Assembly: GCF_002113885.1 (NCBI RefSeq)
Contig: NW_018407539.1
Coordinates: 99,341 to 163,340 of the forward strand
Source of the DNA: Mizuhopecten yessoensis
Lineage: Eukaryota
Length of the DNA: 64,000 bases
Direction of reading: 5' to 3'
Shown here one piece after another: positions 1 to 14,464 of the stretch; positions within the stretch are counted from its first letter, which is position 1, and each line of letters starts with the position of its first letter. A program made the translations under genes and the position numbers. The notes beneath the pieces are model-generated. The model was not told the origin of the DNA, ran no database searches, and saw nothing but the letters and a program-made list of their open reading frames with translations.

Positions 1-2369
1 TATTTCAACATATGGTGTAAACATATTAAATGAAGAAGCTTATTTGTTTCCCGCTGACAGTGTTGATCTAGGAACTGAATAGATGTATGTACATCGCCCT
101 CCTCATACACAGGCGCAACACACATCTTTATATAACCGCCATTACTCTGACGGGTTTTTTGACATGCCGTTCTAGAGTGGAATTCAACGCTTTTCTTTCG
201 TCTTTTCTTCGCTTTGTACTTACTGTATAGTATAAAGTATAGGTTGAAAACTTTTTATGCATAATTCCGTCTGCGTTTATAACTTAAATAGTTTCATCTT
301 ACAGAATATATATAAAGGGTTCATAGTCTTAAGTATATGATCATAACATTAATTAATTTAATTAGAAGCAGACGTCATTGTCCCAGTTTGATATCATTAA
401 TTAGTGTATCACCTGTCAGTGTTTACTCTTTGGTGTGTTAGTATTTGTGTTTATTTGAGTGTCTTAGCGCTTCACCCCCACAGACTTCAGAAATACTCGT
501 GTGATATACCTTGGTTATATTTGCCTTCTGTGATGTTTCTTTGTAATTTCTTAATTAGCCGTTCTATAATCAGCTGTATGTTGTGTATGCTTGTTATTGA
601 TATATCTGATGTCTGTTAGAAGAAAATCACTACGGTGCTTATGCATATAATTATAAATAAGACGTAACAAAATATCGTATATCTTGTGATCTTTACTCCA
701 TGTATAATGCGCCCTGTTTTCCAATGACTCCATTACGCATTTTTGTATTTTCGTTCTCAACACTCATAAATATTTTTAAAATACATTAATAATTTAAATA
801 AAGAAAAAACGTTCCTCCTTCAGTAACGTTACCAGCCTAGTTTAATACACACACACGTGGGAGTCGGTGTAGACACTGGGTAAACATGGCGTGGTTAACC
901 TGCCAAGTGATGCAGCATCTTAGCCGCCGATAAACAAAAAACTATCTTTTCTTTAGGGCCTTGTCACCGCCCGACCTGGTTATACAGGTGATTTAGGTTG
1001 CTGATGAGCACCCAGATAAACCTTTATCTTCCTTAGCTCTCTTATCACGGACTACCTAACTACATTATTGCAATGCGTCAGACTCGGCCCCCGTTATAAC
1101 TCTTACTCTTCGTTCTGTTTGAAGACTGTGACGCTCTCTTTATCATCATGGTATAAAAGAAGTTTTTTAAAGCAATAATTTAAAAGATAAAACATATTGT
1201 GTAGAAATATAAACAAAATGAGTGGGTGTTCACAAAAGAGTACACCAATGACCTTGAAAGTAATGACTATGTGATACCTCATGTATACACTTCTTGTAGC
1301 GAATACAAGCAACTAGGAAGATTAATGTTAACTTCAGCGAACTCGAAACAAAGTCCTTACCAATGCAGATTAATTAGTGAATGTTCAGCGAAAAATCCAA
1401 TTTTTAACCTTTATCTCATTGTTGTTACTATGCCCTATTGCTAAAGACCTGTTTAAATTACGAAATCCATCATTTGGTTTTAATACATACATTTAAAGAG
1501 TTTTGTAATGTCCAATAGTGTAAAAGTTTCGGTCCGAACAAGATTTTCATAGCTTTGACCTTTGAATCCCTGTTGTGACACTGACCTAGGGATTCAGACT
1601 TGTTAGTGGAAGGCATAACACATTTTGTCATAAAACGTATGCACCATGTTCCGTGCTATACAACGATTTGAAATATAAACCGAAGCGATGGATTTGTGTC
1701 GTTCATGCCTGTTACATTTGATTAATATCTATCAATTGTTTGATATATAAAATGTATCCAGATCAATAACTTAGAGTTTACAGTTAAGAATTTTCAGCTG
1801 GCGATTATCGTAGAGAAAGCTTATATGCATCATGACAAATTCCAGTCAGTATACGATACAGTATTCAAATACATAACTACATACAGGGGATGCATTGTTA
1901 CCTCACACGTTCTCTCAAGTTTATGGATTCTGCTCAAATTAAACCACGACTGTCCCACACAATAAAGGGTAATTGTATATTCCTGACTTCAGTTATCCTG
2001 CTATCTTTCTGCATGCCTACCTTTCTGAATAACTGTGATGTTGGATTTATGTAGACGACAGTGTCCAGGCATGTGTATGCCTGTATGTTTAACACTCATC
2101 CCTCTGAAGTTGCTGTTATGCATCTCAGTAAGACTGCCTACGTGATAAACCGCTTCTGACTGTAAAATGTATCTAAAAAGCGATTTTTGAAATATCCCAA
2201 CTCGACAGTATCTTTTTATTTGAATCAAACTTCACTTGGGAGAGTAATCCGAGGGTTGACGTTAATACACAAAAGAGCAATAAAAATCATCAATATAGTG
2301 ACAACCATTGATATAAGGCTACAGTGTCGGTTATACCACGTCTGACAGCTTTTAATGATGATATGGTTA

Positions 2370-4320
2370 CAATGATACTGTCACGATTTAAAATCTATAT
2401 TTCAGCCGCAGTGTTTGTGTTGTAATGATTGATATCTTCAGTGAAGCTACGCTTTATGTCATGATACTGTTACGACACAAAATTTGTGATGAAGCCTCAG
2501 CGAGTGTGATGGAATGATTGATATCTTCACTTAACCTACGCTTTATGTAATGATACCGTTACGACACACAATTTATGATGAAGCCTCAGTGTGTGTGTTG
2601 TACTGATTGATATCTTCAGTGAATCTACGGTTTATGTAATGATACTGGTACGACACACAATTTGTGACGAAGCCTCAGTGTGTGTTGTAACGATTGATAT
2701 CTTCAGTTGAGCTACGCTTTATGTAACGATACTGTTACGACACACTATTTGTGATGAAGCCTCATTTTGTGTTGTAATGATTGATAACTTCAGTGAAGCT
2801 TCGCTTTATGTTATGATACTATTAAGACACACAATTTGTGACGAAGCCTCAGTGTGTGTTGTATGATTGATATCTTCAGCTAAGCTACGCTTTATGTAAT
2901 GATCCTGTTACGACACACAATTTATGATGAAGCCTCAGTGTGTGTGTTGTACTGATTGATATCTTCAGTGAAACTCCGCTTTATGTAATGATTCTGTTAC
3001 GACACAAAATTTGTGATGAAGCCTCATTTTGTGTTGTAATGATTGATATGTTCAGTTAAGCTACGCTTCATGTAATGATACTGTTACTACACACAATTTG
3101 TGATGAATCCTCAATTTGTGTTGTAATGATTGATATCCTCAGTTAAGCTACGCTTCATGTAATGATACTGTTAAGACACACAATTTGTGACGAAGCCTCA
3201 GTGTGTGTGTTGTAATTATTGATATCTTCAGTGAAGCTTCGCTTTATGTTATGATACTGTTACGACATACAATTTGTGACGAAGCCTCAGGGTGTGTGTT
3301 GTAATGATGGATATCTTCAGTTAAGCTAGGCTTTATGTATGATAATGTTACGGCACACAATTTGTGACGAAGCCTCAGGGTGTGTGTTGTAATGATGGAT
3401 ATCTTCAGTTAAGCTGCGCTTTATGTAATGATAATGTTACGATACACAATTTGTGACGAAGCCTCAGGGTGTGTGTTGTAATGATGGATATCTTCAGTTA
3501 AGCCACGCTTTATGTAATGATAATGTTACGATACACAATTTGTGACGAAGCCTCAGGGTGTGTGTTGTAATGATCGATATCTTCAGTGAAGCTAAGCTTT
3601 ATGTAATGATACTGTTACAACACACAATTTGTGATGAAGCTTCAATTTGTGTTGTAATGATTGATAACTTCAGTTAAGCTACGCTTTGTGTAATGATACT
3701 GTTACTACACACAATTTGTGATGACGCCACAGTGTGTGTGTTGTAATGATGGATATCTTCAGTTAAGCCACGCTTTATGTAATGATCCTGTTACGACACA
3801 CAATCTGTGACGAAGCCTCAGTGTGTGTTGTAACGATTGATATCTTCAGTTGAGCTACGCTTTATGTAATGGTACTGTTACGACACACAATTTGGGATGA
3901 AGCCTCAGTGTGTGTGTTGTAATGATTGCTATCTTCAGTTAATCAACGCTTTATGTAATGATCCTGTTACGACACACAATTCGTGACGAAGCCTCAGTGT
4001 GTGTTGTAATGTTTGATATCTTCAGTTAAGCCACGCTTTATGTAATGATCCTGTTACGACACACAATCTGTGACGAAGCCTCAGTGTGTGTGTTGTACTG
4101 ATTGATATCTTCAGTTAGGCTACGCTTTATGTAATGATAATGTTACGATACACAATTTGTGACGAAGCCTCAGGGTGTGTGTTGTAATGATGGATATCTT
4201 CAGTTAAGCTAGGCTTTATGTATGATAATGTTACGGCACACAATTTGTGACGAAGCCTCAGTGTGTGTTGTAATGATTGATATCTTCAGTGAAGCTACGC
4301 TTTATGTATTTGTACTGTTA
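2370..4320. repeat. Tandem satellite, 87-89 bp unit, ~22 copies, inside the K2P channel intron
   Basis: Recurrent unit atgatactgttacgacacacaatttgtga(t/c)gaagcctcagtgtgtgttgtaatgattgatatcttcagttaagctacgctttatgta; starts at 2461, 2550, 2639, 2726; length varies with an internal (GT)n. Confidence 0.95.
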
Positions 4321-5411
4321 CCACAAACACTTTTTGATCAGGCCACAGTATGTATATTGAAGCTCTAACGATTGAGATCTTTGATGATTATTCAGTGTAT
4401 GTACTGTTTCTATTGACAATCTTTTGACATTTTTTACATGGTATTTTAAGTGAAACGACTTTTCGCAAACACCATCATTGCGTTGATATATAAGCGTGAC
4501 GAAATTGTCCTCAATTCCGTTACAATACATGATGTTGTTTTATATTTCTGTTATCGACACTTGGTCGTGTGTATGGATGAACGGGAACCATTTCCATGTC
4601 CTGGTTCTCCATTCACCGGTCATGTTAAAACATCTCGGATCAAAGAAGATGTTGATTAGATGCTGTAAAATCCACATATAATACGACATCTGAACATAAG
4701 TTCAAGACTCATTAGGATTTGATTCCATGACAAAAGGAAATGAAAAAAGCAGCGAAGGTATAAAACGTAGTATCAGAGCTACGATTGTTTGCGGTAGTGT
4801 TACCTTGTCACAGCTAAGGTAATGTGACGACGGTATCAACTATTGATGAGGTTAATCAGTGAACATTTCTATTGAGATGTCGTAACATAAGCATGGTAGC
4901 ATGTCATCTCATTAACAGGACAACGACAGGTCGCTAAAAAGAAACAACAACCAAGTATAGGCAAGTGTGAAGCTTAATGATTCAATATTGGGTTACCTGT
5001 TGAAATGCCTTGTGCTCCGGTTTATTCAATTATAGGTGTTAACAGTTCTGATTACGCCTGCAGGATTTGAATATCAAGCTAGGCCAATATTTAATAAGTA
5101 ACAAATATCCCGCTAGTCGTGAAAGGATTAAAGGAAAGTTAGAGATCACAAATATTGAAATATTGAAAGCAAAGCAATGTCTGTATGGGTCACAACATAA
5201 GTCGCCTCAAACGATCATGTATTGTATCGCAGGGGGACTACCTATTTTCTGATGATCCCGATCCTTCGGGTATAAAGTACCTACCTATCCTATAAAACAT
5301 CTGCCCCATTTCTACTTACCCAGAGTCATACTCGCTACCTACCTATCGCCGTATTAACTACTTACCTGTAAGTGTACTAGCTATTTACCTATTATTGTGT
5401 TAACTACTTAC

Positions 5412-5892
5412 CTATGGTCGTATATACAGTTCCACAAAAGAATAATGCCCCATAGAAACTCCATTTTTCCTCCGATATCGATCCATAGGCGCTGCTCCTG
5501 GCTGTCGACTCGTACCGATCTAGTAGATCACGGGTTCGATTCTCCCACACGTCCATGGATATCTTCCCTGATTGCAGTTGATATGTATTGTTTTTAACGT
5601 TTTTCAGTACTTGTTGTTTGTATGAAATAAGGTTGTTTTTCTGTTGCTGTTCGTACGGTCGTTCTACCGCCTGGAACAGAGCGGCACCAATGAGAGTGTA
5701 TATGATGAGAATGATAATAAGTCCAATCAGGGATTTGATGATGGAGTACACGGTCTGCAGAAACTTCTTCAGATTCCGGAGACATTTGGTACAAAATGTT
5801 ACACCTCTTGATAAGTTTTCACTGACAGCCGCAACTGCAGCTTCCGGTTTACGACGACTACTTCCGGGATTGTTCGTTTCTGTAGTTTCCAT
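5412..5892 (-). CDS. Two-pore-domain (K2P, TWIK-family) potassium channel, first coding exon (N-terminus, M1, cap, start of P1 loop); the remaining exons were not found and probably lie left of the window
   Basis: Translation has M1 (LIGLIIILIIYTLIGAALFQAVE), cap helices and the P1 signature WSFYGALFFCGTVYTTIG, cut in the TIG|YG selectivity filter by a phase-1 donor ATAG|GTAAGT at 5412/5411. Upstream acceptor ttctttcctgtttcag at 5925; exon spans 5412-5924, ATG at 5892. Confidence 0.9.
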
Positions 5893-6134
5893 AGTTACAG
5901 TGTCATTCAGCAGTGTCTCGTGCTCTGAAACAGGAAAGAAAATTTTGTTTCAGTTGTACTTCTTATTAGAATTATAAAGTAAAGAGTTTTGGTTGACTTT
6001 GATCCATGTACTGTTATGTTCCCTATTTATGATTATCTTGTTCCATGATCACATGACCCTAGCGTTATTTAAGATTGTATAACAAACTGAAATTCAGTTA
6101 ACATATTACCAAAGCGAATATAATTTTAGGGCTA

Positions 6135-6575
6135 ATACGAAAAGTTACCATAGAGGAGAAGAAAATCACTCGATCAGAAAGGAAGCCCTCGGAGTCACTA
6201 ATCAATGAATCGGCGATTACAGACCATGCAATGTAGCAAAATAATGATATTGACTAGGTAACTCCAAAGTCCTGGACAGAGAGCGCAAACAAACGGCAGA
6301 TAGAAGAGACTATCTGGATACGCCGCAGTGGGCTAGTTCTTAACCGAGACGAGGGGGCTCATAGACTCTTAAATATCAATGCCCAGATATTAAACGCGTC
6401 ATTTCGTACATGTATAACAGCTGAGTGTACACACGCTTAAAAAGTATCCGAATCGACGTCTGATTTTACATTGCCAACTCGTACATATTTAACACTTTTG
6501 TGTACATACGTTTCACTAGTCATTTGTCTGATGAATGTGACGGAGAACATACCGCACTAGTCATCGTAACGTCGA
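6135..6575 (+). mobile_element. Decayed 3' end of a Penelope-like retroelement (GIY-YIG endonuclease C-terminal region followed by a hammerhead-like motif)
   Basis: Manual translation with stops and frameshifts: ITRSERKPSESLINESAITDHAM*QNNDID*...LDRE...IEETIWIRRSGLVLNRDEGAHRL, matching the SAxxxH...IDW...E-x-IWI...NRDEG pattern of PLE GIY-YIG domains. CTGATGA..GTCATC-GTAA-CGTC at 6528-6573. Confidence 0.7.
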
Positions 6576-7059
6576 ACATAAACACTTGTTGTGATACATA
6601 ACCTTTATACAGTACAACCTATATTCAAAACATTCACGTACGTTGACAGGGTCATTTTTCTGCTTCTTTGCAAATGCAACCCAAGTTCGGTCGCTTGTAA
6701 ATAATCAGCTATAAAGCGATACATCAAATGTCCAGCGTCGCGCTATCGAACCTGTTATTACCTTGAGGGACCAATGTTATCCTGATAGAATTAGGAATGT
6801 AGGCCTACCACCATGGTAGCCAACTGATCCTTTGTTCAAGTTGTCAAGATTTTGAGACATTGAGTAAGTTTGCACGAAATTACTAGACGGTAAATTTACG
6901 ACACATGGACACTGTTAACGATCAATGGGGTGTTACCGTCAGAGGGATTAACCTACAGGTGATTCATTACCCCCTTGATCGACTTTGAGCGTTTTGTCTA
7001 TACACAAGTCTGCTGGTAACTACTTACGACGAGCAACGTAAACTTTCATGAAAAACGAG

Positions 7060-7520
7060 TGCTAACACAACGTAAAATCCCAAGAGAAACGCATACTATT
7101 ACAATGAAAACTCCTAAAAGAAACGCTTGCTATTATAACGTAAGCTCCCAAGAGAAACACGTGCTATTTTAACGTTAACACCAACAGAAATACGTGCTAT
7201 TTTAACGTTAACACCAACAGAAACACGTGCTATTTCAACGTTAACACCAACAGAAACACGTGCTATTTTGACGTTAACACCAACAGAAACCCGTGCTATT
7301 TTGACGTTAACCCCAACAGAAACACGTGCTATGTTAACGTTAACACCAACAGAACCACGTGCTATTTTAACGTTAACCCCAACAGAAACACGTGCTATGT
7401 TAACGTTAACACCAACAGAAATACGTGCTATTTTAGCGTTAACACCAACAGAAACACGTGCTATTTTAACGTTAACACCAACAGAAACACGTGCTATTTC
7501 AACGTAAACTACTACTAAGA
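7060..7520. repeat. 33 bp minisatellite, ~11 well-conserved copies plus degenerate flanks
   Basis: Unit aacgttaacaccaacagaaacacgtgctatttt; produces the periodic ORFs 7114-7659 and 7268-7507. Confidence 0.95.
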
Positions 7521-9056
7521 TCCTCGTAACATTACAACGCATACTCCAAACAGAAACGCGTACTAATATAACATAGATCACCCTTATGTTCAGTAACAAC
7601 ACAACTCCTTGGTAACGTATCAGAAGAGGCACACGCTGCATATACCGATATCTAATCAACGCTAGCGAACGGGTCTGCTTTACTGCATACGAATATTTTT
7701 CGCTTTGATCTGCAAACCGTAATCAGCCCTAAAATCGTTTGAACATGTGTATAACACGTGCACTGGAGTTCTTATAAAACACCCTGCTGTGTTCAAATAT
7801 TCTTACGAAAGGAAAACTGAGGAACTGTACTTTTAAATTTTAGCACATTGACATTATATCGGCTGGGACAGGAAAGAGGTGTTACGAATTTCCAATGAGA
7901 TGTAAACTGCACTCACAGATAAAATGGAGCCAATTACTCTGGTATTACTGTTCAAGCGTAATGTTGCACGTTCAACAAATTACCACCCACTCACAAACCA
8001 TCACACATGTGTTTGTTACTACTGTGGAAGGCGTCCAACAAACATTGACCACGTCCAGACGTGTACGGTGTTGGTGTAATAAATGTACACACTAATCAGT
8101 CGTTAATGTCAAACACGTGAGGGACCCTAGTTAACATTATTACCAGTCAGCTGTACTTCTCGACCTTGTAGTCAGGTTTGTTAGAAATATATATACATCA
8201 ACCTGACCCTGGCTCAATTTTCGGACATCCTAGTCCACGTGTAGACGTTTTAGCTGCGATGTGCTCCCTGCAGTTGACGATAAATCAATGTGTATTGCTG
8301 TACACACACAAATGCCAACATGAAATGCACGTTCAAATTAGCCGTGTTAAACTAAACAGATATGAGATGCACTGGATGCCAGCACACAACGAGAAATGCC
8401 TGACTAGACTAGCTATTGTTCCGTGGTAACGTTTTCTTCTTAACACATGTAAATGTAGCATATCAGTATTCCGTCTTCTTATAACCTTTGGGGTCTCGAT
8501 TATGTCTGTGAATGCAAATCTTTGAATCCGTTATTTAAATATATCTCAGAAGAAATCTTGAATGCTTGCAATAGAAGTTGTAGCAGACAAGCAATGCCTG
8601 AATGAAACATGCTCACATAACGGGCTCTTTGTACAAAGCTCTGTGGAGTCATCTTGGCTGCATAAACTATCAAGTATATACTTCTCTTTTGTTTTATACA
8701 TTGTAAGGTTGTATGATATGCGAATACCCTATACAAACGAATTGTAGAAACGCGTTATGACACGCAGTGTTTGGCGTATATCAATGATTGTCAATGACAG
8801 GATTTAGCATTTAAAGCATATGACACTACTCCGGTGAAATGAGCATTGTATACATAGACAGACACTATATGACGTATAAGTTTAATTGGTGTTGTATTTA
8901 ATCAACTAATTATAAACATTAAAATAAAGAATCCTCAGTAGGATTGTTGACACCATGTAACTCAGAACGGAAAAATATATATTAACCGCAGTTTTACAGA
9001 GAATTATAACTAGACCTACATAGAAAGACCTCTGCCTCACTTAAAGCTCACCTTAC

Positions 9057-9310
9057 CTTACAACACAGTATCGCCAGACAAATCCCTTGGTACCTATCCG
9101 AGGGACTGAAGGCAAGTTTATCCGTATCCGAGGTTTTACTCAATTATATACCATGTTTGTTCCTATGTCAATCAGCGCCAAGTATCGCCCGCCTGGTCTA
9201 GAGCGGTGTAACACTCCACACAGTCAGTATAGCACAGCTCGATTCCAGTACGGTAACACTCTACTCGTACAAACCACAGACTGTCATTCCTCATTCCATC
9301 ATTCCAGGTG
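9057..9310 (-). other. Candidate 5' UTR exon of the K2P channel gene
   Basis: Strong - strand donor AAG|GTAAGG at 9057/9056 below a locally CpG-richer stretch. If joined to 5924 it places an in-frame TAA upstream of ATG 5892. The 5' boundary is a guess. Confidence 0.35.
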
Positions 9311-9424
9311 ATATTTTCAATAGTAATGACCAACTATTTTTGTATTTTTCATATCTATACAATATTAATTTCAATGAGATAAGGGCAACAAGGGATGCTT
9401 TGGTTCTAACTCCAATATACATTG

Positions 9425-10050
9425 ATATGTAACTACAATGTACCTTGTTATGTAACTACAATTTACCTTGTTATGTAACTACAATGTACCTTGTTATGTA
9501 AGTACAGTGTACCTGTTCGTAGGACTACTCCCTGGCTTGGTATGTAATTACAGTGTACCTTGTTATGTAACTACAATGTACCTTGTTATGTAACTACAAT
9601 GTACCTTATTATGTAATTACAGTTTACCTTGTTATGTAACTACAATTTACCTTATTATGTAAGTACAATTTACCTTGTTATGTAACTACAATGTACTTTG
9701 TTATGTAATTACAGTTTACCTTGTTATGTAACTACAATTTACCTTGTTATGTAACTACAATTTACCTTGTTATGTAAGTACAATTACCTTGTTATGTTAT
9801 TACAATGTACTTCGTTATTTAACTTCAATGCACCTTGTTATGTTACTACAATTTACCTTATTATGTAACTACAATGTACCTTGTTATGAAACTACAATTT
9901 AAACTTGTTATGTAACTACAATGTACCTTGTTATGTAACTACAATTTACCTTGTTATGTAAGTACAGTGTACCTTGTTATGTTACTACAATGTACCTTGG
10001 TATGTAAGTACAGTGTACCTTGTTAAGTAACTTCAATGTACACTGTTATA
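9425..10050. repeat. 23 bp minisatellite, ~26 copies
   Basis: Unit atgtaactacaat(g/t)taccttgtt. Confidence 0.95.
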
Positions 10051-12099
10051 TTATCATTACCACTTTCGTGTTCCTGGTCTAACTACATTATACATTATTC
10101 TGTTGGTACACGTACATTGTGATGGCATTTTATCCATTATTAATTTTGCTACTTATTTGTGCTATTCGTTGCAACTATTCGTTGTAATGCCGTTTTGACA
10201 AGGTCTTTTTTCCATTTATTTATTTTGTCGTTCCTTTCGTTTTGTGTTTTAGTACTTTGCGGAACGTTTGTCCGAAGTGATTGATAGCGTGGGTTCCTGC
10301 TGTAAATAGTCCCACTTTTCCTGTATTCATTGAGCCTCTATATTTTTATGTTAAACTACTAGAATGTGTTTCCGTTGCTAATGTAACGACACCATGCACG
10401 CGAACATAGTCTAACCTTGATCGTATCTCAAGCAATTACGAAATTATACATGTATTAGTGTTGTATGATGGAAATGTGAATATATTGTATTTGTTTCCCG
10501 AGATTCCAACGGAACATGAGTGACCGACAGGGAAAACCCCCAGATTACCTTATTACAAAAATACATGGTAATTTGATTGAGATAAAAATATCAAATTAAA
10601 TAAAAGAAAAAGAAGCTGTTAATATTACAAAAAAAAACACCTTGATAGCATAAGGGAATATTATCGCCCACGAGGGAAACATTTGAGCGAGGGAAACATG
10701 TTTTATTTCGACGTCATGTGATTGATCTAATGAAATCGTACAAAAATATAAATAAGGTGTAGAAACATGAATCTCAAATGTGAGCTTGACACTTTTGGGA
10801 AGTTTAGCCAGCCCTCTATTACAGTCTCTCCTGATGAATCATCACATGAAAGTCTGTACATAATGTAGCCAGGGTATCAGGTAAGACAGTATGAGGACAA
10901 GGCTAACAATCCCATTACTGATCGCCCTTACTGTCCCTTTGAAAGTGGGGCTGAATAAAAAAACCGTCAATTCAGGCATCCAAATCCCTCGAACATGAAG
11001 TGATTTGATTGATTTGTTTGTTAGGGAGTTATGCACTTTGACGACGATGTCCACGGACGATGGAGCCACTGAAGACACACTTTAATGTGCGACATCGAAA
11101 GGTTATTACTTTGACATCCAACCCAGTCATATTACTCTGATGAGATCGAACAAGATGTCTAGCGAGACACGTCAGTAAAGAAAGAATACGTAAGCAATAC
11201 ATATTTGTAAGGAAATAAGAGTTCCATATTTTCTAGCCGATTCTGTAGGGTATGTCATTTGGTATGCCGTCGCCTCGGACAAACATGCAATCGTACAAAG
11301 CATGTTAATTCTTTAATGACGTTCTTGAACCTTTCAGGGTTAATACACAGTGATGTAATACACCTTTTTGTGTCTGTGAAGCATCTCCCAGTGTAACCGT
11401 AAACAAACACCTTATACAGGCGTTAGGGGTTCATTAGTGCATGTTTCCCTTAGATAATGTCCATTAAGCACGATGCTTTTATTACAAAAACATAACGAAC
11501 CGTCACGTTTTATTGATTTGCGCAAGGCAGTTTGAAACGTGGTCCATGAATTTATAAACTGCATGCAATGTTAATGTAGGGTACAGTTATAATGGTTTAA
11601 ACGGGAATTTTATTCAAGCTAAGTGAAAAATCACGTCTCTGTTTCTGTTAAACATTTGATGTTGTAGCTTTATGTACATCAGAAATGTAAGCAAACACCA
11701 TAGAGACAAACACCACAGAGACAAACGCCATACAGACAAACCTGAGAAGAATATAGTTGTACCATATGTTAATTATTTCAGCAAAGATTGATACCAAATT
11801 TAGAATATCAAAATCATTAACATAAAACGTAAACCTATTCATAAACAGGAAAGATATTTTAAAATAAATAAATATGTATAATAAGCGAATACCAATGTAA
11901 GTTGTGACGAAAACCGTAGTTAGAACTCAAAATCAATAAAACTTGAGTAAAATTTGAATTCCAGAAGGATTACCATGTCGACCATTGAAAATCAATACAA
12001 GGAGAAAAAAGAGTTCTTGAAAGGTAAACCTCTTCAACTTCATCGACAACACTCGTCATTAGAAGCATCAAACTCCTTGTCACACAAAGAAATAAATAT

Positions 12100-12720
12100 C
12101 CAAATGTGATCCTTACGACGACCACGCGAACTTGTACCTAGCCCCCATCAACCTGCGTCTTTTGGAATCTGTGTAGTAAGTTTGTTCATCAGCAGTCGGC
12201 AACAATCACAGAAAACAAGATATTCGGAGCAAGCTAATGAATATCGAATAAACTGCAATATGTAAACTATGTAAGCGGGGGACGCAGGGATGATAATATC
12301 AAGAAAGGGAGTATACACAATCGGAAAATCGAAATGGCTCCATCTATCGTACAGATTCGTATAAGCCTTGTTAGTCATTTTGTAGACAAAGATTGAGGAA
12401 AGCGGCTGTATTAGAAGAGCGTGTATTGTCATTGATTCCAAGCCCAGGAGAGTATATATTATTGATGTGGTCAATACATTTCTTGTTATTCATAGACATA
12501 ACATCGTCGATATATCTCAGTGTGAAATTTAAAGACTTGGCTAGAATTTTGTTATCAGTAATAATAAGCTTATCAATTAAAACAGCCTCATATGAAAACA
12601 AAACACAAGTCGGGCAAAAGAGGGCACAGTTTGTTGCCACAGGAATACCTAGTCTACTTTAAAAATCTTACCACCAAACTCAACAAATATATTTTTCAAC
12701 CAGAAACTCGATCAGTCCCA
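12100..12720 (-). mobile_element. Decayed Penelope-like reverse transcriptase fragment
   Basis: Broken ORFs give GIP-x-ATNCA...LFSYE...FTLRYIDDVMSMNN and LYDRWSHFDFPIV...PFLD...PASPAY..YILQFIRY..ACS, i.e. RT motifs B/C (YIDD) and the PLE thumb region, with frameshifts. Confidence 0.8.
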
Positions 12721-14464
12721 CATTTTTGCAGCATATTCTATTTCTTGTTTGATGGAGCTTTTCAATGTACAGGAAAGGTTTCCTTGGTTATAAAGCAAAC
12801 TTGTGGGTTTTTTCTCTAGCAGGACATGTAATAGTGTTAGTAGACAAGTATAAAGTTACAGTAGGTAATAGGAGTGTTGCAATACGCCCCCATGAAAACA
12901 TTTGCATTGTGGATAAGATTTAGACGCCAGTTGTGGATAATGTTTAGACGCCAGTTACAAAGTGCCCCTCTAGACCACTGTTGGATGGGAATGTAGAGCA
13001 TGCTAAAAAAGAGGATTTATTCTAATGTCGTCTTAATTCAGTTGTTCTAGCCTTTTAAATTCAATATGCTGGAGATATTTTGGTCTAGTATAGTGTAGTA
13101 ATTATCTTTCCATGGTAGAAGTATTCAATTTGAACTTACTTAATACGACACTTGCCTTATAGTCTATGCGTTAACCCCAACCCCCCNTCAATTGTCTAAA
13201 TGTCAGATTAAAAATTGAAATGATAAGATTAACTTCATTGATAAGTAGTTACTCGATAGTAACAAGCATTGCGTCGCCTTAAGCAAAATGGTACAATAGA
13301 TAGTGGTAATATGAAATAATTGTAAAATAGCATATCACGGCAAACTACTGTAGATATGTAGCGGAATATATTGATACTTTATAATGACTAACATATCGCA
13401 ATGTCTACACATTTTTAAATCTCTACTTTATACTAAACTGCATATTTCATTTTCACTTTCTGCAGCGAAATAATGTTTATATAATCAGCATGATGTAATA
13501 TCCTTCTTAAAGAATTCGTTATGGACAACTCAAAGATATTTCCTTTCCTTCATTATAGATAGTTCAAACGGCAGAGGCATGTGTAATGTCATATAGATAT
13601 TTACATTTTACGTCGTAGAAAGTAGAAACATGTATAGTTTGATCAGAATATTGTAGTAAGATAGGAACGAGAACATGAAAGCTCCACCGTTTTCCTTTTC
13701 CTTACCAACACCAGAATCGAAAGTAAAACATGTTATAATTTATAAATGAATTATAACAGGCTCTGTTTTAGACAACACTTCCTGGAAAAATTAGTGACAT
13801 CCTTCCTGAGCTTAAGAGGCAAAATGTCGAATTTCCACTTGTCCATTGAATTATCACATAAAATGGGCTTTAACTTAAAATAATGAAAATTGCGTATTGT
13901 TTATCAAAAAACAGCCGTTTTACAAGTCCTCGAAAGGATTTCCCAGTGGCGATTGAACGCTAATTGGTATCCCTTCTGACCCCGCGGTTATTAAATCATC
14001 TGAATGTGTGAAATGTCTCTGATGTTACGGAACTGGAAGATTGAACTGATGCCAGTTAAGAACCACGAACATCAGACTAAAACAAGTCATATTGGTAGTG
14101 TGGACTGTATTTATGTTTACACTGGTATTATTGACATTTCTTTCAGAGACTTCTGGAACAAGATTATACCATCACTTAGTAAACATTTTATTAGCATTTT
14201 TGTATCAATATTAATATTCTAAAGCAATATTTGACAATTAATTTATGTATTGTATTTATTTGAATAACAAAGTTAAAATTTTACTAGTACTTGGTGTTAT
14301 ATAATTATTAAAAGTATAATTTTCCGAATAATTATTTTTGCGGAGCATTTATAAATTATTTATATGCGAGGATAAACGTCACATTATGGCGATATTTTGA
14401 CACTCTTCTTTTACCTTTCTAATACAGCGACGATATTCACAGTAAAATATTTTCCTTCTGATTT

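Noticed and set aside
5249-5280. CTGATGA followed by a hairpin (cccga-tcct-tcggg) as a hammerhead
   Set aside because: There is no GAAA box and no stem III or stem I.
5588-5977. 129 aa + strand ORF
   Set aside because: It is the antisense shadow of the K2P exon.
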